DNA of 64,000 nt from Verrucomicrobiota bacterium. GTDB lineage: Bacteria > Verrucomicrobiota > Verrucomicrobiia > Verrucomicrobiales > DEV007. Location: positions 14,383 to 78,382 of the forward strand of contig JASFYY010000078.1 in NCBI GenBank assembly GCA_045046875.1. The letters run 5' to 3'. Under the pieces are notes generated by a model, which made no database searches, had not been told where the DNA came from, and saw only the letters and a program-made list of their open reading frames with translations. Position numbers and translations under genes: made by a program. This document shows, piece by piece, positions 37,615 through 45,969 of the stretch (the stretch's first letter is position 1; each line of letters begins with the position of its first letter).

Positions 37615-39699
37615 TCACTTTTCAATCACCAGTCCTTTATCAGGATCTGGTCTGGCGATCATCACGCTACCACCCCTTTTATCTCCTTTACCCGATCCAC
37701 GGGCGATCAGAAATCGGCCCTTCGAAATTCCGACAATTCCCATCCCGCAATCAAAATCGTAACGACCCTCGAGTTGAAAATTCTTGTCGGTTTTGAGCAA
37801 TTGTTTTCCATAACAACCAAACCACCAATGTCCGTCGTGGTAGGCCAGGGTCTGCACTCCGAGTTGGGTGTAACCACTTTTGATCACATGTTGCTCGATG
37901 AACTTGAAGTCGGGGGTGTAGCTGTAGGCGTAATTTTCCGTAATTCCTTCGGGCAATCCTCCAATCACAACAAAAATGCCGTCATGGTAAGCCATGCCGC
38001 CCGCGCCGTGAACCACTTCGGGAACGGGATGTTTCGAGATTAGAGAAAGATCATTCGCATTGTAAACATAAACCCAGGAATCCGCCCTGCCTGCAGGTTT
38101 GTTGAAGCTGCCCAGATTGACTGCCACATAAATTTTGCCGTCGTGATAACACAGATCGCCGTGATGTATAGGCACTTCGATTTTTTTGAGGACATGTCCT
38201 TTTGCGTCCGTCTTGACCAGAGTCGAGGTGAAGGGCCAATAGATCGCGCCGTTTTCATCCGTGCAGATACCTTGCAGGTGATGGCGATAGATTCCTTCGC
38301 ACTGGATGTTGTCGGGACTGTTCGTTTTCTCATAGGCACCGATGTCGTATGCTTTTCCCTGGGGTCGCGTGTTTCCATCAAAATCAGAGTTGGGAGCTTT
38401 TTCGGAGGAGCCTCTGTCGATGGCGGGAGAATCTTTTTGCAGGCGAAAATCCGCCAAGGCGGCATTGACGAATTTGGGATCACCTTTCACCGCATTTCTA
38501 CCGCGAATCCGGATCTCGGGTGCAGGGCCAAACAGGTTGTGATCCATGGTCAGGTCTGCATCTTTTAAACTGCCAAGATTGATCGCCGCTCGGCCTTTGC
38601 TGGAGAAAATGTTGTTGCGGATAGTCAAGTTCTTGAAATTTTCTTTAACTTCCGTCATGCGCACTGCCAGTTCGTTGTTGTGAAAGGTGTTGTTGATCAA
38701 GCTGATATCTTTTTTCAAATGAGTTCCCGGCTTTTCGTAATGATGAATCGAAAACCCGTGGCGGTTGTCATAGATCAGGTTGTTGTAGATTTTGATATTT
38801 GTCAGGCTGCCGCCGAGTTCGGTTGCCAGACTGATGCCACTCTTGGCGTCGTGAATGGTATTCTGGTAAATCTCGATATTTTTTCCTTCAGTGCGGCTGG
38901 AGTCGATATAAATACCCACTGCAAATTTGGTGTAAAAATCATGTACGTGGTTGTGATGGATTTTCCCATTTGTGCTACCCTCTTTGGCATCGATGCCTTC
39001 TTTGTGGATGTGATGAACGTGGTTGTTCATGATTTCGAAGCCGTTTACACCACAAAGCGAGATCGCTTCCTGACTGCCACTCATATTGGTCTCAGTGATC
39101 TCGTTACCGTCAATGACGATGTCAGAAATGCTCCAGCGAGCTTTATTGAACCAGGCATGGACGGCGCTGGAATGGCATTTTTTAAAATGATTTTTTTCAA
39201 TCGAGATGTGATTGACATTGCCTCTGATCTCGATGCCAAAATAGGCAGAGTTGGTGAAGTTCAGTTCAGAAATTTTTATATAGCTGGTGCCATTGATATG
39301 AAATAGCCCTGCCCAATTATAGGCAATGCCCGCCCCATCGATGGTGGCACGTTCGCCAGGGTAGGAGGTGTAAGTGATATAGGCTCCCGGCTTGCCGGGG
39401 TTCTTCGGGAGCACTCGTTCATTGTAGGAACCTTCTCTGATGAAAACGGTGTCGCCGGCGATCAGGGTGTCGGCGGCGTGCTGGATGCTTTTCCACGGTT
39501 TAACTTCTGAACCGGAGGCGTTGTCATTCCCCTGCGGAGAGACATAATAATCAGCGGCATTTACAAAGCCGATGCTGGTGCTTAGGAAAAGAAGAAGAGT
39601 GCAGGGCAGGCGGAGCGCCCGCCCTACAAAGGCTGTCCATGAGGCAGGGAGGATTGTAGCGCGAGCGCTTCGCTTGCCTCGATTGGGAGTGGGCATCAT
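37615..39699 (-). CDS. secreted right-handed beta-helix protein (DUF1565-like start, choice-of-anchor Q-like region) fused to a C-terminal beta-propeller-like domain
   Basis: YYVSPQGND..SGS..KPWKSIQHA; Asn-rich PbH1 repeats; DFRLQ.DSPAID.G...YDIGAYE; then HLQGI, HHGDL, HGAGG, LGVQT. Confidence 0.8.
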   Translation of the reverse strand: MMPTPNRGKRSARATILPASWTAFVGRALRLPCTLLLFLSTSIGFVNAADYYVSPQGNDNASGSEVKPWKSIQHAADTLIAGDTVFIREGSYNERVLPKNPGKPGAYITYTSYPGERATIDGAGIAYNWAGLFHINGTSYIKISELNFTNSAYFGIEIRGNVNHISIEKNHFKKCHSSAVHAWFNKARWSISDIVIDGNEITETNMSGSQEAISLCGVNGFEIMNNHVHHIHKEGIDAKEGSTNGKIHHNHVHDFYTKFAVGIYIDSSRTEGKNIEIYQNTIHDAKSGISLATELGGSLTNIKIYNNLIYDNRHGFSIHHYEKPGTHLKKDISLINNTFHNNELAVRMTEVKENFKNLTIRNNIFSSKGRAAINLGSLKDADLTMDHNLFGPAPEIRIRGRNAVKGDPKFVNAALADFRLQKDSPAIDRGSSEKAPNSDFDGNTRPQGKAYDIGAYEKTNSPDNIQCEGIYRHHLQGICTDENGAIYWPFTSTLVKTDAKGHVLKKIEVPIHHGDLCYHDGKIYVAVNLGSFNKPAGRADSWVYVYNANDLSLISKHPVPEVVHGAGGMAYHDGIFVVIGGLPEGITENYAYSYTPDFKFIEQHVIKSGYTQLGVQTLAYHDGHWWFGCYGKQLLKTDKNFQLEGRYDFDCGMGIVGISKGRFLIARGSGKGDKRGGSVMIARPDPDKGLVIEK
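39605..39678. repeat. GTAG-type REP inverted doublet inside the 5' end of a CDS
   Basis: GGCAGGCGGAGCGCCCGCCCTACAA-N24-TTGTAGCGCGAGCGCTTCGCTTGCC. Confidence 0.8.
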
Positions 39700-41255
39700 T
39701 TGGATTTTTTCTTTTTTTTGCGTGGTTTTGATTTAGGAATCACCGGTGGAGTTAGCCCGTCATCAGGCTGATTCCACAAACGATAAGGATCGTTCAAGCG
39801 GCGTTGTTCGCTGAGCAGCAGGGCTTCCATTTCGGCGAGTTTGTCAGCGTAGGCGGGATCTTCGGCGAGGTCGCGTTGGTTCTTTTTGGGAGTGTTGCCA
39901 GTGAGTTTGATGGTCGCGGGATCGTGGTGTTCGGTGAGCAATTCGTTGGGGTTCTCTGCCAGGTTGAAGAGTTGGGTCTCCCGGACGGAACCATCCATGA
40001 CGTCATATTTGATGAGTTTCCAATCGCCCTTTTTGACACTGCGCATTCCCGGCTTGGTGCCGCCGCAGTAAACGCCGTAGAGCACGTCGCGAACGATGTC
40101 TTTTTTGCCTTCGAGCACCGGTTTGAAACTGAGGCCTTCGCTGCTATCAGGTTTGCTCACTCCGGCGAGGTCACAGATCGTGCTGAGCACATCAAGCAGG
40201 TAGATGTTGCCTTTGGCGCGTGATCCCGGAGCGATGCCAGGGCCTTTGACGATGAAAGGGACACGCCAGGTGTGTTCGTAGAGGTTTTGTTTGCCTTGCA
40301 AACCGTGACGTCCGATGGCGATGCCGTGGTCGGAGGTGTAGAAGATGTATGTATTGTCGAGCTCGCCCATTTTTTTGAGTTGCTTGAGAACTCGTCCGAT
40401 CTGGTTGTCGATGTTTTCGGCGCAGGCGTACTCGCGACCGAGTTCATTGCGGATGGTGCGTTCGTCGCGATTTTTCCAGACGCCACTGACCGCTACTTCG
40501 TCGCGCAGTCCGGGGTGGCCGTGATGGAAGGGGTGTCCGGGCAGGTAGTTGACTTGCAGGGCGGGCTGTTTGGGGTTGGCGGCTGGCAGCACGTTTTTGT
40601 CGGTGTGATTGCTGGCACCGTATTTTGCCAGCAACTCGGGTGTGCCGTCGCGGGTGTCGTGCGGGTGGGAGAAGCCGTAGTAGATCAGGAAAGGTTTGCG
40701 GTCTTTTTGTTGGGCGCGATCACCGAGGTAGTCGATGATTTGTTCGCCGTGCCAGGCGCTGCCGCTTTCCGTGGTGCCGCCACGTTTGGTGGAGTCATTG
40801 CGGATGGTGAATTGTTGGTTGGCGTCTTCGTAAGAGTTGCCGTTTTTGCATGTGCGTACGGTGTCGTATCCAGCACGGTTGAAGACCGCTGCCATGGTAT
40901 GGTTGGCGAGGTCGGTGGGAACCAGTTTGGGTTTTTTGACATTCGGGTTGCTGGTGCGGCCGCGTTTGTCGGGGATGTGCCAGACGGATCGACCGGACAT
41001 GATCATGTGGCGTGACGCGGTGCAGACAGCGCCCACCCAGGAACCCATTTGATGCGCGCCATCAAAGGTCATGCCTTGTGCGGAGAGCTGGTCGAGGTTG
41101 GGGGTGTCGAGCGGAGATTTGGGGTCGTAGGCTTTTAGGTCATAGGGGGATTGATCATCGACGAGGATGAACAGAATGTTGGGGCGCTCTGCGGATAGCA
41201 GGGTGGAGAGGGATAGTTGAATTAGAAGGGCGGTGAGCAGTGTGAGGTGTTTCAT
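39696..41255 (-). CDS. sulfatase (S1 family)
   Basis: RPNILFILVDDQ; CTASRHMIMSGR; HPHD; SDHG; GKQNLYE..RVP. Confidence 0.95.
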   Translation of the reverse strand: MKHLTLLTALLIQLSLSTLLSAERPNILFILVDDQSPYDLKAYDPKSPLDTPNLDQLSAQGMTFDGAHQMGSWVGAVCTASRHMIMSGRSVWHIPDKRGRTSNPNVKKPKLVPTDLANHTMAAVFNRAGYDTVRTCKNGNSYEDANQQFTIRNDSTKRGGTTESGSAWHGEQIIDYLGDRAQQKDRKPFLIYYGFSHPHDTRDGTPELLAKYGASNHTDKNVLPAANPKQPALQVNYLPGHPFHHGHPGLRDEVAVSGVWKNRDERTIRNELGREYACAENIDNQIGRVLKQLKKMGELDNTYIFYTSDHGIAIGRHGLQGKQNLYEHTWRVPFIVKGPGIAPGSRAKGNIYLLDVLSTICDLAGVSKPDSSEGLSFKPVLEGKKDIVRDVLYGVYCGGTKPGMRSVKKGDWKLIKYDVMDGSVRETQLFNLAENPNELLTEHHDPATIKLTGNTPKKNQRDLAEDPAYADKLAEMEALLLSEQRRLNDPYRLWNQPDDGLTPPVIPKSKPRKKKKKSK

Positions 41256-41330
41256 GGTTATAATTGTTATTAAATTGGTGGGTGTGGGGGGTAATGGTTT
41301 GGCGCGGGTTGGAGGGTGGTTCGGGGGATA

Positions 41331-41353
41331 CACGGATTGCCAATCCGTGCTAC
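41331..41353. repeat. GTAG-type REP palindrome
   Basis: CACGGATTGCCAATCCGTGCTAC, related to 6962-6987 and 10577-10600. Confidence 0.65.
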
Positions 41354-41360
41354 GTGGATT

Positions 41361-42890
41361 TTAGTGACTGCGGCCGTTTTCGATCAAACTGGCGAGTTGT
41401 TTTTTTAGGCGTTGTGCAACATCCGGGTGCTGCTTGATGACGTTGTGTTTTTCCGCCGGGTCTTTTGATAAATCATAGAGTTGAAATTTTGGCACCGGCG
41501 TGTTTTCGAGTTGTTTGGCGACTTCCAGATTGCGGGTGCGTTTTTTGTCGTGACGTTGTAATTTCCAATTTCCGACAAGGAAGCCGTAATTGCCGGCGTT
41601 GCCGTTGTCTTGTTGAATGAGCGACTCACGTCCTTTGGCGTCGGCTTGTCCAAGTAAGGCGGGTAATACGTTGAAACTGTCGAGGTAGGCATTGTTAGGT
41701 ATGGGGGTTTGGGTCAGTTCAGCGAAGCTGGCAGCGAGATCGATGGTGCAGACCATTTTGTCTGATACTCCGGGTTGGATTTTGCCTTTCCAGCGAGTGA
41801 TGAAGGGGGTGCGGGTGCCGCCTTCATAAACACTGTATTTGCCGCCGGAGTAAGGACCGGATGCGCGGTGATCTCCGAGTTTTTCAATCGCAAAATCCTT
41901 GTAGCCGTCATCCATCACCGGGCCGTTGTCGGAGCAGAAAATCACCAGGGTGTTTTCTGCCAGATTGAGGCGGTCGAGGGTTTTCATCAGCTCGCCGACC
42001 CCCCAGTCGAGTTCGACGATGGCATCCCCGCGGAAGCCGAGCGGGGTTTTGCCCTGGAACCGTTCGTGCGGCATGCGCGGCACATGCAGGTCGTGTGAGG
42101 CGAAGAAGAGGAAGAAGGGTTGGTTTTTATTGGCTTCGATCCGCTCGACTGATTTCTCGACCCACTTGTCGGTGAGGTCTTCATCGCGGAAACGCGCGGC
42201 GTGACCACCGGTGTAAAACCCGATGCGGCTGATGCCGTTGTGAATGGTTGAGTTGTGTCCGTGCGACCAGTCCATTTTCAGGGTGTCGCGATGGCTGATA
42301 CCGGTCGGGTGATCCGGGCTGGGTTTTTTCTTACCGACCCACAGCGGGTCCTTGGGATCGAGATTGAGAACCCGGTGGTTCTCGACATAAACCTGGGGCA
42401 CGCGATCGTTGGTGGTGGGTAGGAGGAAGTTGTAGTCGAAGCCGATTTCGCGTGGTCCGGGTTTGAGCTCACCGTTCCAGTCAGGACCTGCTTTGCCGCC
42501 GAGTCCAAGGTGCCATTTGCCGATCACCGCGGTTTGGTAGCCTGCCTTTTTGAGCAGATCTGGCAAGGTGAAGGTGTCGGGAGGAATGATCAGCGGGCTG
42601 TTGGGGGCGGCGATGCCCTTGCCTTTTTCGCGGAAAGCGTAGGTGCCGGTGAGGAAGGAGAAGCGGGTAGGGGTGCAGGTCGAGGCCGAGCAGTAACCGC
42701 TGGTGAAGCGTTGGCCCTCGGCGGCGAGCCGGTCGATGTTGGGGGTTTTGAGCGCGGTGGCACCGTAGCAGGAAATGTCGCCGTAACCGAGGTCATCGGC
42801 CATGATGACGATGATATTGGGTTTGTCCTGGGCGGAGAGAAAATGGGTGGCAGCAAGAATCAGGCCGCAGATAGTGAGGGATAAACGCAT
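41361..42890 (-). CDS. arylsulfatase (S1, Cys-type)
   Basis: PNIIVIMADDLGYGD; CTPTRFSFLTG; GKWHLG; SDNGP; GKYSVYEGGTR. Confidence 0.95.
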   Translation of the reverse strand: MRLSLTICGLILAATHFLSAQDKPNIIVIMADDLGYGDISCYGATALKTPNIDRLAAEGQRFTSGYCSASTCTPTRFSFLTGTYAFREKGKGIAAPNSPLIIPPDTFTLPDLLKKAGYQTAVIGKWHLGLGGKAGPDWNGELKPGPREIGFDYNFLLPTTNDRVPQVYVENHRVLNLDPKDPLWVGKKKPSPDHPTGISHRDTLKMDWSHGHNSTIHNGISRIGFYTGGHAARFRDEDLTDKWVEKSVERIEANKNQPFFLFFASHDLHVPRMPHERFQGKTPLGFRGDAIVELDWGVGELMKTLDRLNLAENTLVIFCSDNGPVMDDGYKDFAIEKLGDHRASGPYSGGKYSVYEGGTRTPFITRWKGKIQPGVSDKMVCTIDLAASFAELTQTPIPNNAYLDSFNVLPALLGQADAKGRESLIQQDNGNAGNYGFLVGNWKLQRHDKKRTRNLEVAKQLENTPVPKFQLYDLSKDPAEKHNVIKQHPDVAQRLKKQLASLIENGRSH

Positions 42891-42925
42891 GGTCGCAAAG
42901 CTAGCGAAAGGTGAGGGGAATGCAA

Positions 42926-43654
42926 TTAACGTGATTGCGGAGTGGGGTTTATGTCCCGGCGGCGGCGGAGGAAACCGATGGCTCCGAGCACGGTTACGGC
43001 GAGGGCGAGAAAATGGTAGCCGCTGAAGGGGCCGAGAATACGCGGGGTGGAGCGGATGAATTCGTGGCCGAAGCGGAACAGGCCGTAAGAGATGAGGTAA
43101 AGATGGAAGTGTTGGCCGGGCAGGAGTTGTCGTCGGCGCATGAAGAAGAATATGGCGGCGGCGGTGAGATTGAAAACTAATTCAGCGAGCGGGGCGGGCC
43201 AGCGGGGGATTCCAGATTGGTCGTTTAGAGTGAACCAGGCTGGGCTGCATTTTATCCCCAGGCAGCAGCCGTGTACGAGGCAGCCGATGCGACCGGCGGC
43301 GATGCCGAGCGGCACGGCGCTGGCAAACCAGTCGCCGGTGGGTTTGGCATAACCAGTGATCCATTTGCCGAACTCAACTCCGGCGTATCCGCCGAGCAAA
43401 GCGCCGAGGACGGTTTTGCCGCTGGCGAGGTAAATGAGGAAGTGAGGGTCGCTGCGGTAGAGCCAGCTTTCGGCTGCAAGGTAGCCGATTTTTGCTCCGG
43501 CAAAAGCAGCGACGATGCCGAAGGCGTAGATTTGCATCAGGCGATGGTCATCGCGGAATTTTTTCGACCACCACAGCGCGCCGAGCAGGATGCCGCCGAG
43601 CATGATGATGAGGTAAACCGGGCTGCCGTTGCTGAGAATCTGGTGCCGGGTCAT
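42926..43654 (-). CDS. divergent prolipoprotein diacylglyceryl transferase (Lgt family paralog)
   Basis: multi-TM; GAKI; GKTVLGALLGG; GRIGCLVHGCCLG; WPAPLAE; YG.FRF..EFIR. Starts 2 bp after the rSAM stop. Confidence 0.85.
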   Translation of the reverse strand: MTRHQILSNGSPVYLIIMLGGILLGALWWSKKFRDDHRLMQIYAFGIVAAFAGAKIGYLAAESWLYRSDPHFLIYLASGKTVLGALLGGYAGVEFGKWITGYAKPTGDWFASAVPLGIAAGRIGCLVHGCCLGIKCSPAWFTLNDQSGIPRWPAPLAELVFNLTAAAIFFFMRRRQLLPGQHFHLYLISYGLFRFGHEFIRSTPRILGPFSGYHFLALAVTVLGAIGFLRRRRDINPTPQSR

Positions 43655-43656
43655 TT

Positions 43657-45000
43657 TTAAGCAGAGCTGCAGTCGGAAAATCCAGAATAATAACGGCAGA
43701 AGGAATCGAGCTTGCCATCCGGCCGGATGACATGAGTGCAGCAGCGGTCGATACGGTCGTCGTCCCAGCTTTGCGCGTCCATGAAGGGTTTGATCAGCAG
43801 GCGGAAGGTGTGCGATGCGGCGAGCTCGAATTGTTTGAGCAGCGCGCCGAGTGGTTCGGAATCGCAGCCGCAATTTTCTAGATCTTCGAGTCGGTAGCGT
43901 AGGCGGTCTGAGAGGAATCCCTGCACTTCGCTGAAATCAACGAAGTCGCTGATCGAACGGATTTGGCCGTTGATTTTGAGTAAATAACCGATGGTCGCGC
44001 AGTTGGGATCACCGCAGGGCAGGGGAGTGAAGTCGGCGCTTTTGAGTTGTCCTTGCGATTGTTCGATCGCAGAGAGGATAATGTCAGCGACGTTGAGATG
44101 AGGCGCTGGCTCTGCGTTTTCATTGGCAATGCGGCCGCTGCCAAACATGGGTTGAAAGCTGATGCCGCGCACATGAGGGTATTGCAGGCCAAATGAAATG
44201 CTGTCCCAGATTTGGTTAAGGTTATCAGGGATGACCGTCATGGCTAGAGTGACGGGTAGCTTGATTTGCTCGCAGCGCTCGATGGCGAGTTGTTTGATTT
44301 TGCGTAAGTCGGCTCCGCGCAGGGTGTGGTGACCGGTTTCTCCCGGACCGTCGTATTGTAAATAAATCTGCATGTGTCCGCGTTTCACCGCGGTGCCAAG
44401 TTGTTGTAAAAAATGGTCGTCTTTGGCGATTAAGAGGCCGTTGGTATTGATCAGGATGTAATCGATCTTGTCATGAGCGTTAGCCCATTCGAGCAATTCG
44501 AAGAACTGCGGGTGTAGAGTGGGTTCACCGCCGGACAGTTGCAGGATTTCGATGCCGCCTTTGCGTGCGATGACTCCTGAGATGCGGGTTTTGATCTCAT
44601 CGAGGGGAACGGCATCGACCGGACCGGTGAGGGAATCGGCAAAACAAGTGGGGCATTTGAGATTGCATGAATTGACGATTTCGATCAGGGCGACACAGGT
44701 GGAGAGGCGTTCGAAGGCGGCGGTTCCGGCGGAGGAAGGACTGTTGGTTGCGCAGCAGGAGCCGCTGTCGCAGCACTCATCTTTCGTGGCTGGCGAGCCG
44801 TGTGATTCCCAATAGAATTGGGAATCGGAGCTGAGCAGAGTCCATTGATCACCGTGATCGGGGCAGCTTCGTTTCATGAAAACCTGTGAGGGGGCTGCGC
44901 CGGACAACCAGACTTCGGCTGCGCATGAATCGTGGCATTCGAGGCAACGACTGCGGGTGGATTTGAGTTGCCGGGTGAGCTTGGGTGGGGTGGGTTCCAT
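43657..45000 (-). CDS. radical SAM protein, Tes/GDGT-MAS (MJ0619)-like
   Basis: N-terminal CLEC...CPDHG; CNLKCPTC; QLSGGEPTLHP; NTNG; YLQYDG; PLPCGDPNC; FMD...D..R..RCCTH......G.L.SFCRY. Confidence 0.85.
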   Translation of the reverse strand: MEPTPPKLTRQLKSTRSRCLECHDSCAAEVWLSGAAPSQVFMKRSCPDHGDQWTLLSSDSQFYWESHGSPATKDECCDSGSCCATNSPSSAGTAAFERLSTCVALIEIVNSCNLKCPTCFADSLTGPVDAVPLDEIKTRISGVIARKGGIEILQLSGGEPTLHPQFFELLEWANAHDKIDYILINTNGLLIAKDDHFLQQLGTAVKRGHMQIYLQYDGPGETGHHTLRGADLRKIKQLAIERCEQIKLPVTLAMTVIPDNLNQIWDSISFGLQYPHVRGISFQPMFGSGRIANENAEPAPHLNVADIILSAIEQSQGQLKSADFTPLPCGDPNCATIGYLLKINGQIRSISDFVDFSEVQGFLSDRLRYRLEDLENCGCDSEPLGALLKQFELAASHTFRLLIKPFMDAQSWDDDRIDRCCTHVIRPDGKLDSFCRYYSGFSDCSSA

Positions 45001-45013
45001 GTGATAAGGGCAA

Positions 45014-45358
45014 TTAAAAACTACCGATAAGGCATCCGCCTATTCCCAGAGCGAATGCTGTAATAGAGCATAGAATGAAATACGTGAGGCTTCCAGAAAC
45101 GGCCAATGCCAGAGATGTCGATGGGTTTATTCGTGAGAGGTGCCAAGAGCATATAGCACCTGCAAACAGTGGGACGAAATATAAGAGTGCATTCATTTTA
45201 GTAGAAAATTCTGAATCCCAGTCCAGCGGTGACAACCATCCTGGCATAAAAAACATCATTAATAGGGCAGGCGTGAATAAACTGCCAAAAAAAATCCAGT
45301 AGTTGAAACTCGGTGAGGATTTTTTAGTTGGCGGGGGAAGAGGCTGTTCTGAATTCAT
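45014..45358 (-). CDS. small 3-TM membrane protein with C-terminal GGC-x5 (candidate substrate B)
   Basis: 114 aa; Pro-rich N-terminus; ends ALGIGGCLIGSF; paralog of 45441-45779. Confidence 0.75.
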   Translation of the reverse strand: MNSEQPLPPPTKKSSPSFNYWIFFGSLFTPALLMMFFMPGWLSPLDWDSEFSTKMNALLYFVPLFAGAICSWHLSRINPSTSLALAVSGSLTYFILCSITAFALGIGGCLIGSF

Positions 45359-45440
45359 GATGGTAGGAGGTCACTTATACGATAGAGACTATCAAACAAA
45401 CCACTTCAAGGGCAAACGCAACGGTGTGACATAGCAGGAT

Positions 45441-45779
45441 CTAACTAATAGCTATGATACATCCACCGAAACTGAGAGCCCCTGCTCCTAACGTTGATGC
45501 AACAAAAAGTCCAAGTCCGGTGAAAAATTTCTTTGTGGGAGAAAGGGATTGACGGGAACGCATTAGGATTTCGCAGCAGAAAGCGCCCGCTACTATCGAC
45601 ATCAGAAAGCATAGAAGCATTAAATTGAGAGCGACGGTGAGTTGATCGCCTTTCATGAAGAGTTTGAGAATTAAGGTTATTACTCCAGGTGCGAGCATAA
45701 ACATGAAAAACAGTCGAGGGCTGTATGGCGGGTTGTTTGGGTTTTTATCAGGTGGCTGAGTAGGGATGTTTGTATCCAT
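45441..45779 (-). CDS. small 3-TM membrane protein with C-terminal GGC-x5 (candidate substrate A)
   Basis: 112 aa; Pro-rich N-terminus; ends ALSFGGCIIAIS; leaderless promoter TTGCCC-N18-TAGCAT-N6-ATG. Confidence 0.75.
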   Translation of the reverse strand: MDTNIPTQPPDKNPNNPPYSPRLFFMFMLAPGVITLILKLFMKGDQLTVALNLMLLCFLMSIVAGAFCCEILMRSRQSLSPTKKFFTGLGLFVASTLGAGALSFGGCIIAIS

Positions 45780-45969
45780 GCAGGGATGCTAACAAAGCGA
45801 GGGTGAAAGGGGCAATCGTTTATCTCGATGGTTTTATCGCTTAGAGTGATGGCCTTGTTTTCTTAATCCGAGAAGAGTTGTTTTTCCTCTTTTCATCTGG
45901 AAAAACCCGATTACATATATCGCGCGGCGTAAAAAACAGGCGCGGCGACCATTTTTATCTGTAAATATT

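Noticed and set aside
43655..43873. 73-codon N-terminal extension of the Lgt-like ORF
   Set aside because: It overlaps the rSAM C-terminus in another frame; ATG 43654 just after the rSAM stop fits better.
43657..45000. Annotation as MoaA or as methanopterin methyltransferase
   Set aside because: Lacks the MoaA C-terminal GG and twitch motif, and there are no moa or methanopterin genes in context; MJ0619-family proteins have been reassigned to lipid C-C coupling.
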